In this document: positions 17,659-25,837 of the stretch, one piece after another
Layout of the letters: every line of letters begins with the position of its first letter
How positions within the stretch are numbered: the first letter of the stretch is position 1
From: Pseudomonas phage 201phi2-1
Sequence record: NC_010821.1
Length of the DNA: 32,000 bases
Strand: one strand, 5' to 3'
Made by a program: the position numbers and the translations under genes
Notes under the pieces: generated by a model
Seen by the model: the letters and a program-made list of their open reading frames with translations, nothing else
Database searches by the model: none
Told to the model about the DNA's origin: nothing

Positions 17659-17892
17659 ATGTTTCCAAACGCAACTTTAGAAGAACTGTCATTGGGTGGA
17701 TTCTATGGTCTATTGCTAATCCTAGCATTCAACCTGATTGTCCTTCTAATAAAGGTGGTAGGGTTCAATAGGGGGACGTATGAGGATCAGAAATCCATTA
17801 ATGATACGTTAGAGTGGTTAAGGATTTGGGGCACCTTAACGATCCTTGTAGCGGCTATCTACTTTATCGTCTATGTTGTCCCATGGCATTAA
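17659..17892 (+). CDS. Small membrane protein (77 aa, two predicted TM segments)
   Basis: Hydrophobic stretches GFYGLLLILAFNLIVLLIKVV and LTILVAAIYFIVYVV; GAGGTGAAAG RBS. Confidence 0.75.
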   Translation: MFPNATLEELSLGGFYGLLLILAFNLIVLLIKVVGFNRGTYEDQKSINDTLEWLRIWGTLTILVAAIYFIVYVVPWH

Positions 17893-17914
17893 CTAATAGA
17901 ACCCATCTTAGGCC

Positions 17915-17929
17915 TATATTACTTCTGTG
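17915..17929 (+). promoter_or_regulatory. Putative early promoter TATATTACTTCTGTG
   Basis: Fourth intergenic copy of TATATTACTnnnGTG, 19 nt before the next start codon. Confidence 0.65.
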
Positions 17930-17948
17930 AATAAACAGGAGGTGTATT

Positions 17949-18161
17949 ATGGTCTTCATCGTAATTATTGTACTGTTGTTTGATCTGGTCATGGTGTCTA
18001 AGATTCTAGGATCGATGATTCGTGCCGACTTTAATCCAGCTGTTTACATCAATACCAAGTTTTGGGTGAGGATCGGTATCCTGATTATATTCCATGTGGT
18101 GATGGCAATCATCTCTGGATTCACTTTTTACATTGGTGCGATTGTAAGGGCGACTTTGTGA
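17949..18161 (+). CDS. Small membrane protein (70 aa, two predicted TM segments)
   Basis: MVFIVIIVLLFDLVMVSKIL and VRIGILIIFHVVMAIISGFTFYIG; GGAGGTG RBS. Confidence 0.75.
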   Translation: MVFIVIIVLLFDLVMVSKILGSMIRADFNPAVYINTKFWVRIGILIIFHVVMAIISGFTFYIGAIVRATL

Positions 18162-18171
18162 GGTATGGGGC

Positions 18172-18378
18172 ATGATGAATGTGGTTTTTAAATATCGCAT
18201 GAAGGTTAAGGCTGATAGTATATTTGACTTAACCAACCGCGGTTACGTAGTCAATCAAAATGACTGCGTTGAAGGTGAATTCTGGTTGCTGACCAACAGT
18301 CCTAAATACCTGACCTCTTTTGTTGAGAGCGATGGTTTTGAAGTGGTGGTGGCAGCTGAAGAAATCCCCATGGCCTAA
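18172..18378 (+). CDS. Small hypothetical protein (68 aa)
   Basis: ORF with GAGG-type RBS, followed by a convergent-junction hairpin. Confidence 0.65.
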   Translation: MMNVVFKYRMKVKADSIFDLTNRGYVVNQNDCVEGEFWLLTNSPKYLTSFVESDGFEVVVAAEEIPMA

Positions 18379-18380
18379 CG

Positions 18381-18426
18381 ACATAAAGCCCCTCCGAAAG
18401 GAGGGGCAATATGTTTTATTTTTTTT
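18381..18426 (+). terminator. Bidirectional hairpin terminator, copy 1 of a conserved family
   Basis: ACATA-AA-GCCCCTCC-GAAA-GGAGGGGC-AA-TATGT followed by a T-rich tract; sits between convergent genes. Confidence 0.8.
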
Positions 18427-18430
18427 TTCG

Positions 18431-18892
18431 TTATCGAAGACCATTCAATAGTTGGTTTGCCTGAATACCTTCTTGCACTGACTTGGATTCACATAGCTCA
18501 GCCATGAATCTTGCATCATCAAAAGGTAGTTCAAAGTATTCCAATATACCTAGCCCTGTAACAATACCGATACGATAGTTAATAAACTTACGTATCCATG
18601 TCCGACGTGGTCCACCTTCAATAATATCTTCTTTAGGGTGCAGACGCACCAAGTCTAAAGGATCATCTGTCTGGTGGGTACTGATACCACGATCACGGTG
18701 GTATGCCTTGCGGGTTACCATCTGAGTCACGACTGAACGCATTGGTCCGGTTTCCATATAGACCCGTTCCAATTCAGAGTTCTCGACTTCCTGTAATCCA
18801 AATGTGGCCATTGTTACATGGCCATCATTATCACGGAGGTCAATCTTCAGTCGACTGGCTTTAGGATCTTTTACCTCACCGGTATCGATCAA
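18431..18892 (-). CDS. Hypothetical protein (153 aa)
   Basis: Intact minus-strand ORF overlapping the upstream gene by 4 nt. Confidence 0.75.
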   Translation of the reverse strand: MIDTGEVKDPKASRLKIDLRDNDGHVTMATFGLQEVENSELERVYMETGPMRSVVTQMVTRKAYHRDRGISTHQTDDPLDLVRLHPKEDIIEGGPRRTWIRKFINYRIGIVTGLGILEYFELPFDDARFMAELCESKSVQEGIQANQLLNGLR

Positions 18893-20472
18893 GCAACTCT
18901 CTGGCCCGCTAACGTAAAAAAAGTTGCGAGCATGTCCAGCGGTACCAAGTGTGGTAACCGTTCATTATAAGTCAGGCCTTGCGGAGACTTACATTCTGGA
19001 CAGTTATGGGATGGCAATGCGCACAGACCAATGATGGTTTCGTTGGAGTAAGCGTTAACGCCGTCAACGAACCGTTCAAAGTATTCGTGCTCAGAGATCG
19101 TCGAGGAGATAAAGTCCATGATGATCTCTTGGTCATCAGTAAAGAACTGATCTTCCAGATTGGAAGTGTTCTCGTCCTTCAGATAGATCGCTTCAACCCA
19201 ATGTGAGTACTGTGTAGCTTTAGTCGCATGTTGCAAACGTCGGATGTACTCGTAACGTTGACCGCCTTCAGGTGATTCGTTAAATGCGCCTTTAGACATC
19301 TCGATCAGGGTATCGTACCACAGCTTAGCCGAGATACGACGTTTAGCAATACTAGGTGGCGCGATCTTGATACCAACCTCACCCATCCAGTTAATCTTAG
19401 GATTACCGATGGTGAAAGCTTCACGATAGGCTTTGAAGTCATCATCACTAGCCGGAGCGAACTGCTTAGCGATGTGGCGACGTTGTTCTTTGGTGAACAC
19501 CGCATCGTCGAAGAATACGACGTTGGACATGTTCATCTTGAACTCAGTTACGCCGTTACACTTATCAGGATCGGCAATGCAAGGGACGCTGTAGTTAAAC
19601 CCATCAGGGTACATGACGGCAGCCAATGCATGGTGCAATAGACTTTCGTCAAAAATGGACATTTCATGTTCAAGGTCACTCGGGGTAGTGTAATGACGGT
19701 TGGACGCTACGATGCAATTCAGAGCGAGGTCGGTTACAGCATCCAGCATACGGAAGCTTGCATGGGAGAAAGCCAAGCCTTTGGTATCGTTACCCAACTT
19801 AACACGCAGGGTTTGCAGTTCAGTCTGCATTGCTACCACTTCACCCAACGATGGGCGACGCAGGCGTACCCAAATACCAGAGTGTGGCAGGAAGGCTTCG
19901 TAGTTACCACCAAGACCCGCTTTCCAACTCAGGAATGCCAGAGCGGATTCTTTAGAGTTCTTCTTAGACTTATCGTAGACCTGTTGTGGACGGCCAGGGC
20001 GTACAAGCTGCTGATGTCCAGGAATAGAGATACCATCGCGCCAGTGCGATTCAGGACGCTCTGTAGCCCCCAATGGGGTTTCATCCAGAGACAGGTGATT
20101 CATACCAGCGAAGAGATTAGCTAGCCAGATGTCATCGTGTTCGTTGGTAACCAAGTTACCCGAATGCATTGCATCCAACAGCATGCTATTTCGCTCAAGC
20201 ACTTTGTTAACGTTACGATACGATTCTTGAATAATCGACATAATCGGTCGAGTATCTTTAATCGGAGTACCACAAGCCCGACGTTCCTGCGAGAAATTAA
20301 CAGCAGGTTGCTCAGGCTTGAAAAGAGGTTTCTCTGGAATCTCCAAAGAAGGTGGGAGATCAAAAATCTCCCCAGTAGGACCCGCTTCACCAGTAATGCC
20401 AGTTTCACTGGCTACACTAGCTTCTTGAAACTCATTGGTGTAGTTGTCTTCTTTGTCAAATTCATCATGCAT
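18889..20472 (-). CDS. Hypothetical protein (527 aa), possible tail/baseplate assembly factor with paired cysteines
   Basis: Intact ORF; CIADPDKC and CPECKSPQG cysteine pairs; PHSGIWVRLRRPSLGEVVAMQTE block. Assembly role is a low-confidence inference. Confidence 0.7.
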   Translation of the reverse strand: MHDEFDKEDNYTNEFQEASVASETGITGEAGPTGEIFDLPPSLEIPEKPLFKPEQPAVNFSQERRACGTPIKDTRPIMSIIQESYRNVNKVLERNSMLLDAMHSGNLVTNEHDDIWLANLFAGMNHLSLDETPLGATERPESHWRDGISIPGHQQLVRPGRPQQVYDKSKKNSKESALAFLSWKAGLGGNYEAFLPHSGIWVRLRRPSLGEVVAMQTELQTLRVKLGNDTKGLAFSHASFRMLDAVTDLALNCIVASNRHYTTPSDLEHEMSIFDESLLHHALAAVMYPDGFNYSVPCIADPDKCNGVTEFKMNMSNVVFFDDAVFTKEQRRHIAKQFAPASDDDFKAYREAFTIGNPKINWMGEVGIKIAPPSIAKRRISAKLWYDTLIEMSKGAFNESPEGGQRYEYIRRLQHATKATQYSHWVEAIYLKDENTSNLEDQFFTDDQEIIMDFISSTISEHEYFERFVDGVNAYSNETIIGLCALPSHNCPECKSPQGLTYNERLPHLVPLDMLATFFTLAGQRVA

Positions 20473-20938
20473 CTTTCTTTTCCTCGATGGTCAGCTCAGT
20501 AATACCAACAGCTTCCAGATCAGCTACGATGTTCAGCATCAGTGGATGGATGGCTTGCTCCAAGTGACCCTGTACTTTGGTATAGCCTAGAGTAAGGCCG
20601 TTAACCAAGCTCAGTTCGGCTTCTGTAGGAGTACCCTTTTTACCCTCGTGGTGCTCATACAGACCAACCAGTGCTTGGGAGATGTTCTTTACGTCTTTGC
20701 GGAGAGTATTGTATTTTGCCTCAAACCCTTCTGGGTCTGTCAACAGAGCTTTGTATTTTTCCAGATTCACACTGATTGGGTAAATAACCAGTGCGGTTGC
20801 ATTGATACCTTCAGCCAGCGCACGACCCATCTCAGCGACGATGTCCCAGCCAGCTTGTTTGATGAGTTCTTGTGCGGCCTCAGCAGACTTGTCTGCTACT
20901 TCTTCGGTGATGAGTTCGGCGGCGTTGATTGGTTGCAT
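20465..20938 (-). CDS. Hypothetical protein (157 aa)
   Basis: Intact ORF, overlaps the next gene by 8 nt; first gene of the minus block. Confidence 0.75.
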   Translation of the reverse strand: MQPINAAELITEEVADKSAEAAQELIKQAGWDIVAEMGRALAEGINATALVIYPISVNLEKYKALLTDPEGFEAKYNTLRKDVKNISQALVGLYEHHEGKKGTPTEAELSLVNGLTLGYTKVQGHLEQAIHPLMLNIVADLEAVGITELTIEEKKDA

Positions 20939-21071
20939 TTTGTAATCCTTAAATCGATTTGGGAATTTGTGTTGTTAACATAGATATAACACGATAGGTA
21001 AACTTTACTTTAATTTAAACACTACCTACTACCATAACGGTATGTTAAAACATCTACTATTAGGTAACTAA

Positions 21072-21923
21072 ATGAAACTCGAAATTCAAGATGCTATTTC
21101 GTCACTGGTGTCACCAGAACAGCTGGCTGTGACGCTAGATGTCGTTGACACTTTACTAGAGCAGGATTATGTACTTGCTCTCGATGAGTTAAATACAGTG
21201 TTGATGATTGCTGATGACTATGCCGACTCAGCGATGCTGGTTGGTCGCATTAATGACATTCTCACGTATGCTCTGAACTATATTCTCAATGATCGAGGTG
21301 TTGTGGTTAGTGACGATGCGAGTCTTGGTATTCGACTGGCTGTTGTAAACACGTTACTATATATTCCACGATACATCATTCCTGATGACCTTGCTCACAT
21401 ATTCCAACAGAACTACGATGACGTTGAAACGATGTCACAATTAGTAGCCTTCTTCAGTACGTACCCAGTGGACGAATTGATGGAACATATCGAATCAGCT
21501 AGTGATGACGCATTGGCGTTTATTCGTAAGTCTATTGATGAACGTATTCAAGTAATGGGTGAATACTCCGGTGGTCGTATTCCAGTTGAGCGAATCAAGG
21601 TGATTAATAAGCTACTTCAAACCAACGGTCGTGAACGCTTTAGCATGATGCTTGAACTGGCTAATGCTGGTATCAGAGTTGGCCGCAGTTACGATGAACT
21701 TATCAATATTTCTTTTGAAGGTCTTGAATCACGTAACCCTTCTGAAGCTGCAAGTCAAATGGTGGGTCTAGCATTCTTCAGTGATCTACCATTGCAAAGC
21801 ATTTGGAGTAAATTAGATACCAGTTTGGACGAGTACACTGATAACCCGATGGAACGTAAACTAATGCTTGACGAGTTTACTGACATCAAACGTAAGTTGG
21901 GTGATGTTAATGAAAATACGTGA
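21072..21923 (+). CDS. Hypothetical protein (283 aa), predicted all-helical
   Basis: Intact ORF, first gene of the plus block. Confidence 0.75.
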   Translation: MKLEIQDAISSLVSPEQLAVTLDVVDTLLEQDYVLALDELNTVLMIADDYADSAMLVGRINDILTYALNYILNDRGVVVSDDASLGIRLAVVNTLLYIPRYIIPDDLAHIFQQNYDDVETMSQLVAFFSTYPVDELMEHIESASDDALAFIRKSIDERIQVMGEYSGGRIPVERIKVINKLLQTNGRERFSMMLELANAGIRVGRSYDELINISFEGLESRNPSEAASQMVGLAFFSDLPLQSIWSKLDTSLDEYTDNPMERKLMLDEFTDIKRKLGDVNENT

Positions 21924-21933
21924 TTACTTTCTC

Positions 21934-23247
21934 ATGGCCTTAAAAGATGGCATGGGGCGTAAACGAATCTGGATGAACTCTTTGGTTAGTGTCATTTACA
22001 ATAATGATGCTACGGCTGATTACAACTACAAAATTCACTATGAAGGCGACAAGGCTTATTTCTTTAAGCCAGGTACGGATACGCCAATTTATCTAGAAGG
22101 GTTTGTACCAGGTGAACCCTTCATCACTTTCCGCGATGAGTTCATCTTGCAACCTGGTGAGTTGGTTAACTATCCTGAAGGTGTGCCTCTCAGAACGTGC
22201 TACGGTAATGTGTTCTTCAATCAACTATGTTTGGTTGAACCTTTTGGGTCATTGATTCCTTTTGCAACCGGTACGATTGTACCCTCTAAGTTTGAAGACT
22301 TTATCCTCGAACGAATGATCGACGATCGTGAAGACGGCAACGTTACAGAAATGGCTCCAGACGGTAAGCTGTACGTTTGGCAATACCTCATGTTCTGTGA
22401 CCATTGTTTGGCTATTCCAGGTTACGCAGATGGTTTGGTTACATCAACCACCCGTAAGTCATTGCTTTCTAGTCCTGAGTGGCCAGCTATTCGATCAACA
22501 TGGATTGAAAAGAACAAGCATCGTCTGAACGACCCTGCTGCGGTTGCAGAGCTTTCGGTTATTGCCGCACAGGTTGATGCTGAGTGGCTTAAAGATGACC
22601 CGGCTTGGACCTTCTATAGCGCTAAGAAGAAGCTTGAAGGTGCACGTCGTAAAGTACACTACATGTTTGGTGGTGAATCTCCTTTCTCCGATGGTACGAC
22701 TGTTGAGTTTATCTCGAAGTCCCTCGAAGAAGGTATTGATACCGATCACATGCCTGTAATGAACAACTCGTTGCGTTTTGGTTCTTATAACCGTGGTTCT
22801 CAGACAGCACTTGGTGGTGAGTCGACTAAAACGATTTACCGGATGATGGGTACTTCCCGTATTATCGAGCAGGACTGTGAAACTTGGTTGGGTGTACCTA
22901 CACTTGTTACCAAACTCAACGCTAAAGGTCTGGTCGGTTACAGTTACGTTGTTGATGGTAAATCAATTGAGATCACTAAAGAAAACATTGATGGTCTAAT
23001 TGGCTCGGTTATTGCAATTCGTGGTCCTATGGTTTGCAAAGCAGGTCGAGATCGTGCGCGCGGTACGATTGGTAAAGGTAAGAACATCTGTGCGGTATGT
23101 GCGGGTAAAGACCTTGCTGAAAACCCTTACGGTATCCCTGCGGCAGTAGCTGGGGTTGGTGGTCGCTTCCTGATGGTGTTTATGTCTAAGATGCACAGTT
23201 CCACTCTGCGCACTGTGGAATGGGATATGGATGCACGGTTGACCTAA
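21934..23247 (+). CDS. Divergent RNA polymerase beta'-like subunit (437 aa), possible virion RNAP subunit (phiKZ gp80-like)
   Basis: FGSYNRGSQTALGGESTKTIYRMMGTSRIIEQDCETWLG resembles the beta' bridge-helix/TRRLVDVAQDxxVTEEDCGT segment. GKNICAVCAGKDLAENPYGIPAAVAGVGGRFLMVFMSKMHSSTLRTVEW resembles the beta' CxxCYGxDLA...GEAVGxIAAQSIGEPGTQLTxRTFH segment. ATG 21934 preferred over the track start 21868, which would overlap the previous gene by 56 nt. Confidence 0.65.
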   Translation: MALKDGMGRKRIWMNSLVSVIYNNDATADYNYKIHYEGDKAYFFKPGTDTPIYLEGFVPGEPFITFRDEFILQPGELVNYPEGVPLRTCYGNVFFNQLCLVEPFGSLIPFATGTIVPSKFEDFILERMIDDREDGNVTEMAPDGKLYVWQYLMFCDHCLAIPGYADGLVTSTTRKSLLSSPEWPAIRSTWIEKNKHRLNDPAAVAELSVIAAQVDAEWLKDDPAWTFYSAKKKLEGARRKVHYMFGGESPFSDGTTVEFISKSLEEGIDTDHMPVMNNSLRFGSYNRGSQTALGGESTKTIYRMMGTSRIIEQDCETWLGVPTLVTKLNAKGLVGYSYVVDGKSIEITKENIDGLIGSVIAIRGPMVCKAGRDRARGTIGKGKNICAVCAGKDLAENPYGIPAAVAGVGGRFLMVFMSKMHSSTLRTVEWDMDARLT

Positions 23248-23261
23248 CCTATTTTATACAT

Positions 23262-23293
23262 GGGGTATGGTAACGTACCCCTAACACATTTTT
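23262..23293 (+). terminator. Hairpin, possible terminator
   Basis: GGGGTATG-GTAA-CGTACCCC (8 bp, one wobble, GNRA loop) followed by TAACACATTTTT. Confidence 0.55.
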
Positions 23294-23310
23294 AAACAAA
23301 GGTAAATAAC

Positions 23311-24714
23311 ATGGCTAAAAACAAAGGCTTTGCAGCACTGGCTGCTTTGCAGACTAAATCTGTTCAAACTGAAACCGTGGAAGAAGTTAAAGAACCAACT
23401 AACGTCACTAACGAAGATGGTACCGTTGTAGTTGAAGTACCTGAAGAAACTACCCAGCCTACTTGGGATACAATCGATCAGGTTCCTGCTCTGTTTGAAT
23501 CGGCTGAAGATGAACAGGCTGATCAAGATGCTGAATCGGTAAGTCTACGTGGCTTGACCCCTGACATCATCCAAATGGATGAAGCTACCTATGCTCGTGG
23601 TCAAAATCCAATGGTTACACCTGTTGATGAAGTTCCTTACATTCAAACTGAATCCTTTGCCTCTGTATCTACTGAAACGAACATCGCTACCCAGCTTAAA
23701 GAAGCTATCGCTCCTGCTCAACCTATCTTCGACGCTCCAGTTGAAGAACCAGTTAAGCCAGCCTACATTCTGCGGACCATTGACCAATGGACTGACGCTG
23801 AACTCGAAGCTTACATCGCTGGCACTTGTGAAGAAGAAACTTATGTTGCTCAACTGAAGCAAGCCGTGACCGAACACCGTAAACGCTACAGTACTCTGGC
23901 CAAGGCTTGGACTGTTGAAGAGTGCCGTGAGTTCCTGCTCAACGGTACTGTTCCAGCTAAGACTACCAAAGGTACTTGGGTTAAAGACGTAACCCGTCAA
24001 TACCGTCGTGAACATGAATGGGAAACCAACGAACTCGAAAGCTGGGCGCTTGGTGAGATCGCTGCCGGTGGTGTAACTACTGATGGTGGTCTGGCTATTG
24101 AACTGAAATCGCGTTTGAACCTGAGTGTTCCAAGCGTTGACGTTAATGCAGTTATTACTAACTATCGTCACGCTACTGCACAAGTAACAGAAGCCCGTAA
24201 AGAAGTACGGCCTGATCCCGCTACCCCAACTGTATCCGAAGCTCAGATTGCCGAAGTTACCAAAACTATCCAACTCGAAGGACTTACACTCGTGAACCAA
24301 TCGTACATTGAATCTTCCCTTGCTCAATTTGAAGCTGTAATGAAAGTAGGTCGTGCTGTTTCTGAAACCCAAGGTGGTGATGCACAGAAACTTCTGCGTG
24401 ATGTGATGGTATACGCGATCCAACTACCTGATCCAGTTGGCTCCCGTAATGCAATGCAATACCTGCTGGATTACTTCCGTGCTCGCCGTGGTATCGGTCA
24501 ACTGTTTGAAGATACCTATGCCTTCCGTAATATCCCTGACATGCGTACCCCTAAGAAAGACCAAGTGGCTCACCACGATCTGCTGACCCTGTTCTTGGTA
24601 TACGCTGACCCAATGGTTGAACTGCGTGGTCAAACCGACATCCCTAGTCTGATCGGTAACATCAATCCACAGTTCCAATCCCGTGTACTTGAGTTCTTCG
24701 CTCGTCAGAAGTAA
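23311..24714 (+). CDS. Hypothetical protein (467 aa) with acidic N-terminus and three divergent W-x3-EL repeats
   Basis: Intact ORF; repeats QWTDAELEAYIAGT, AWTVEECREFLLNGT, EWETNELESWALGEI. Confidence 0.75.
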   Translation: MAKNKGFAALAALQTKSVQTETVEEVKEPTNVTNEDGTVVVEVPEETTQPTWDTIDQVPALFESAEDEQADQDAESVSLRGLTPDIIQMDEATYARGQNPMVTPVDEVPYIQTESFASVSTETNIATQLKEAIAPAQPIFDAPVEEPVKPAYILRTIDQWTDAELEAYIAGTCEEETYVAQLKQAVTEHRKRYSTLAKAWTVEECREFLLNGTVPAKTTKGTWVKDVTRQYRREHEWETNELESWALGEIAAGGVTTDGGLAIELKSRLNLSVPSVDVNAVITNYRHATAQVTEARKEVRPDPATPTVSEAQIAEVTKTIQLEGLTLVNQSYIESSLAQFEAVMKVGRAVSETQGGDAQKLLRDVMVYAIQLPDPVGSRNAMQYLLDYFRARRGIGQLFEDTYAFRNIPDMRTPKKDQVAHHDLLTLFLVYADPMVELRGQTDIPSLIGNINPQFQSRVLEFFARQK

Positions 24715-24720
24715 GATACG

Positions 24721-24758
24721 ACATATTGCCCAGCCTCAACGGCTGGGCTTTATGCTGT
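24721..24758 (-). terminator. Bidirectional hairpin terminator, copy 2 (inverted orientation)
   Basis: ACATA-TT-GCCCAGCC-TCAAC-GGCTGGGC-TT-TATG between convergent genes. Confidence 0.75.
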
Positions 24759-25165
24759 TATTTATTATGAATGTCCAAGTGCTCACGCCAATAATCAGCT
24801 TCTTCTGCAACGTACTCGGCTTCACTTGGGGTAAGTTCAAGTGTACCACTAGCAACTGCCATCTGAGCGTAGTAACACATTTTAGCAACGGATAGACTTA
24901 CATCGAGCATATTGGATTCAGTCATATCCAAGCGAATTGGCAATAGTTCAAAATCAACGCCACCTTGTTCTTTAATATCGTCACATGCTTCCAGTACTTG
25001 CGCACGAGCGTACAGATCAATGAACTCTTGACGAATGTAGTCTACATTACGTTGACCACGATGATTACTGAACAAACCTTGTTGTTGACCTTTCAAGACT
25101 TCTTTTGTAAGTTCAACTGATTCCTCAGCAATCTTGCTAAGGACATATTGCGAGAAAGACATCAT
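24758..25165 (-). CDS. MazG-like NTP pyrophosphohydrolase fold protein
   Basis: KIAEESVELTKEVLK (EExxE) followed by RQEFIDLYAR (ExxD), as in the MazG/all-alpha NTP-PPase signature. Confidence 0.55.
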   Translation of the reverse strand: MMSFSQYVLSKIAEESVELTKEVLKGQQQGLFSNHRGQRNVDYIRQEFIDLYARAQVLEACDDIKEQGGVDFELLPIRLDMTESNMLDVSLSVAKMCYYAQMAVASGTLELTPSEAEYVAEEADYWREHLDIHNK

Positions 25166-25458
25166 TATTCAATACCTTTATAGGCACACCATTCATAGGT
25201 GGTGAATACTGCTTTTAGCAAATCATCTTTAGACACGCTATTGATGAAATTGAGATGCAGTGTAGTGTTAGTGTGTCCAGGTGTAACAAAAGTAACCTTC
25301 TGATCGAACACATCGTGTTTAGCAATTAAACCATTACACCACTGACTACGATACTCGCAAATAAATACGTCATATGTACGACCTTCGAAGTCAGATGTAC
25401 CTGTTGCAACGTGTGACCTGATTAGAGTCATTTCATTTTGACAGCATGGACATTCCAT
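25165..25458 (-). CDS. Small Cys-rich, possible zinc-ribbon protein (97 aa)
   Basis: MECPCCQNEM...FICEYRSQWC; start and stop overlap neighbours by 1 nt. Confidence 0.65.
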   Translation of the reverse strand: MECPCCQNEMTLIRSHVATGTSDFEGRTYDVFICEYRSQWCNGLIAKHDVFDQKVTFVTPGHTNTTLHLNFINSVSKDDLLKAVFTTYEWCAYKGIE

Positions 25459-25826
25459 TAGTAACCCTCATTCAACAATTCTGCCAAAGCCCGTGCTTGG
25501 CTAATATTAGTAGATGCAAACATGTCGCTTAAGCAATGGTCACGCAGAGCGGACACTGTAGCTAGCTCTCGCATGAGTTCAGGGTTAGCCTTAGCCCATG
25601 TTGCCCAAAGTTCTTTATAAGCGGCATACGTCGGATTAAAGCCTTCCAGGGGTGGTTTCCCTTTGGCGTCTCTCCAGTTGTTCGTATGAATCCGATAACC
25701 TTTACAATCTAACTGCCATGCTTCCTCAATAGTTCGCCCATCTGGTAGTTGTGCAAACAGTGCGCTAAAACGAGTGTCACCTTTCGATGAGCACTCGTAA
25801 CCATCATAGCGTTTCCACGTATACAC
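25458..25826 (-). CDS. Hypothetical protein (122 aa), GTG start
   Basis: DTRFSALFAQLPDGRTIEEAWQLDCKGY block; ORF begins just 3' of the polymerase stop. Confidence 0.7.
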   Translation of the reverse strand: MYTWKRYDGYECSSKGDTRFSALFAQLPDGRTIEEAWQLDCKGYRIHTNNWRDAKGKPPLEGFNPTYAAYKELWATWAKANPELMRELATVSALRDHCLSDMFASTNISQARALAELLNEGY

Positions 25827-25837
25827 AATACTTGGGC

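Noticed and set aside
25458-25826. Possibility that this ORF is the missing C-terminal half of the polymerase
   Set aside because: Only 122 aa, no motif B or DTDS and no palm/thumb-like sequence.
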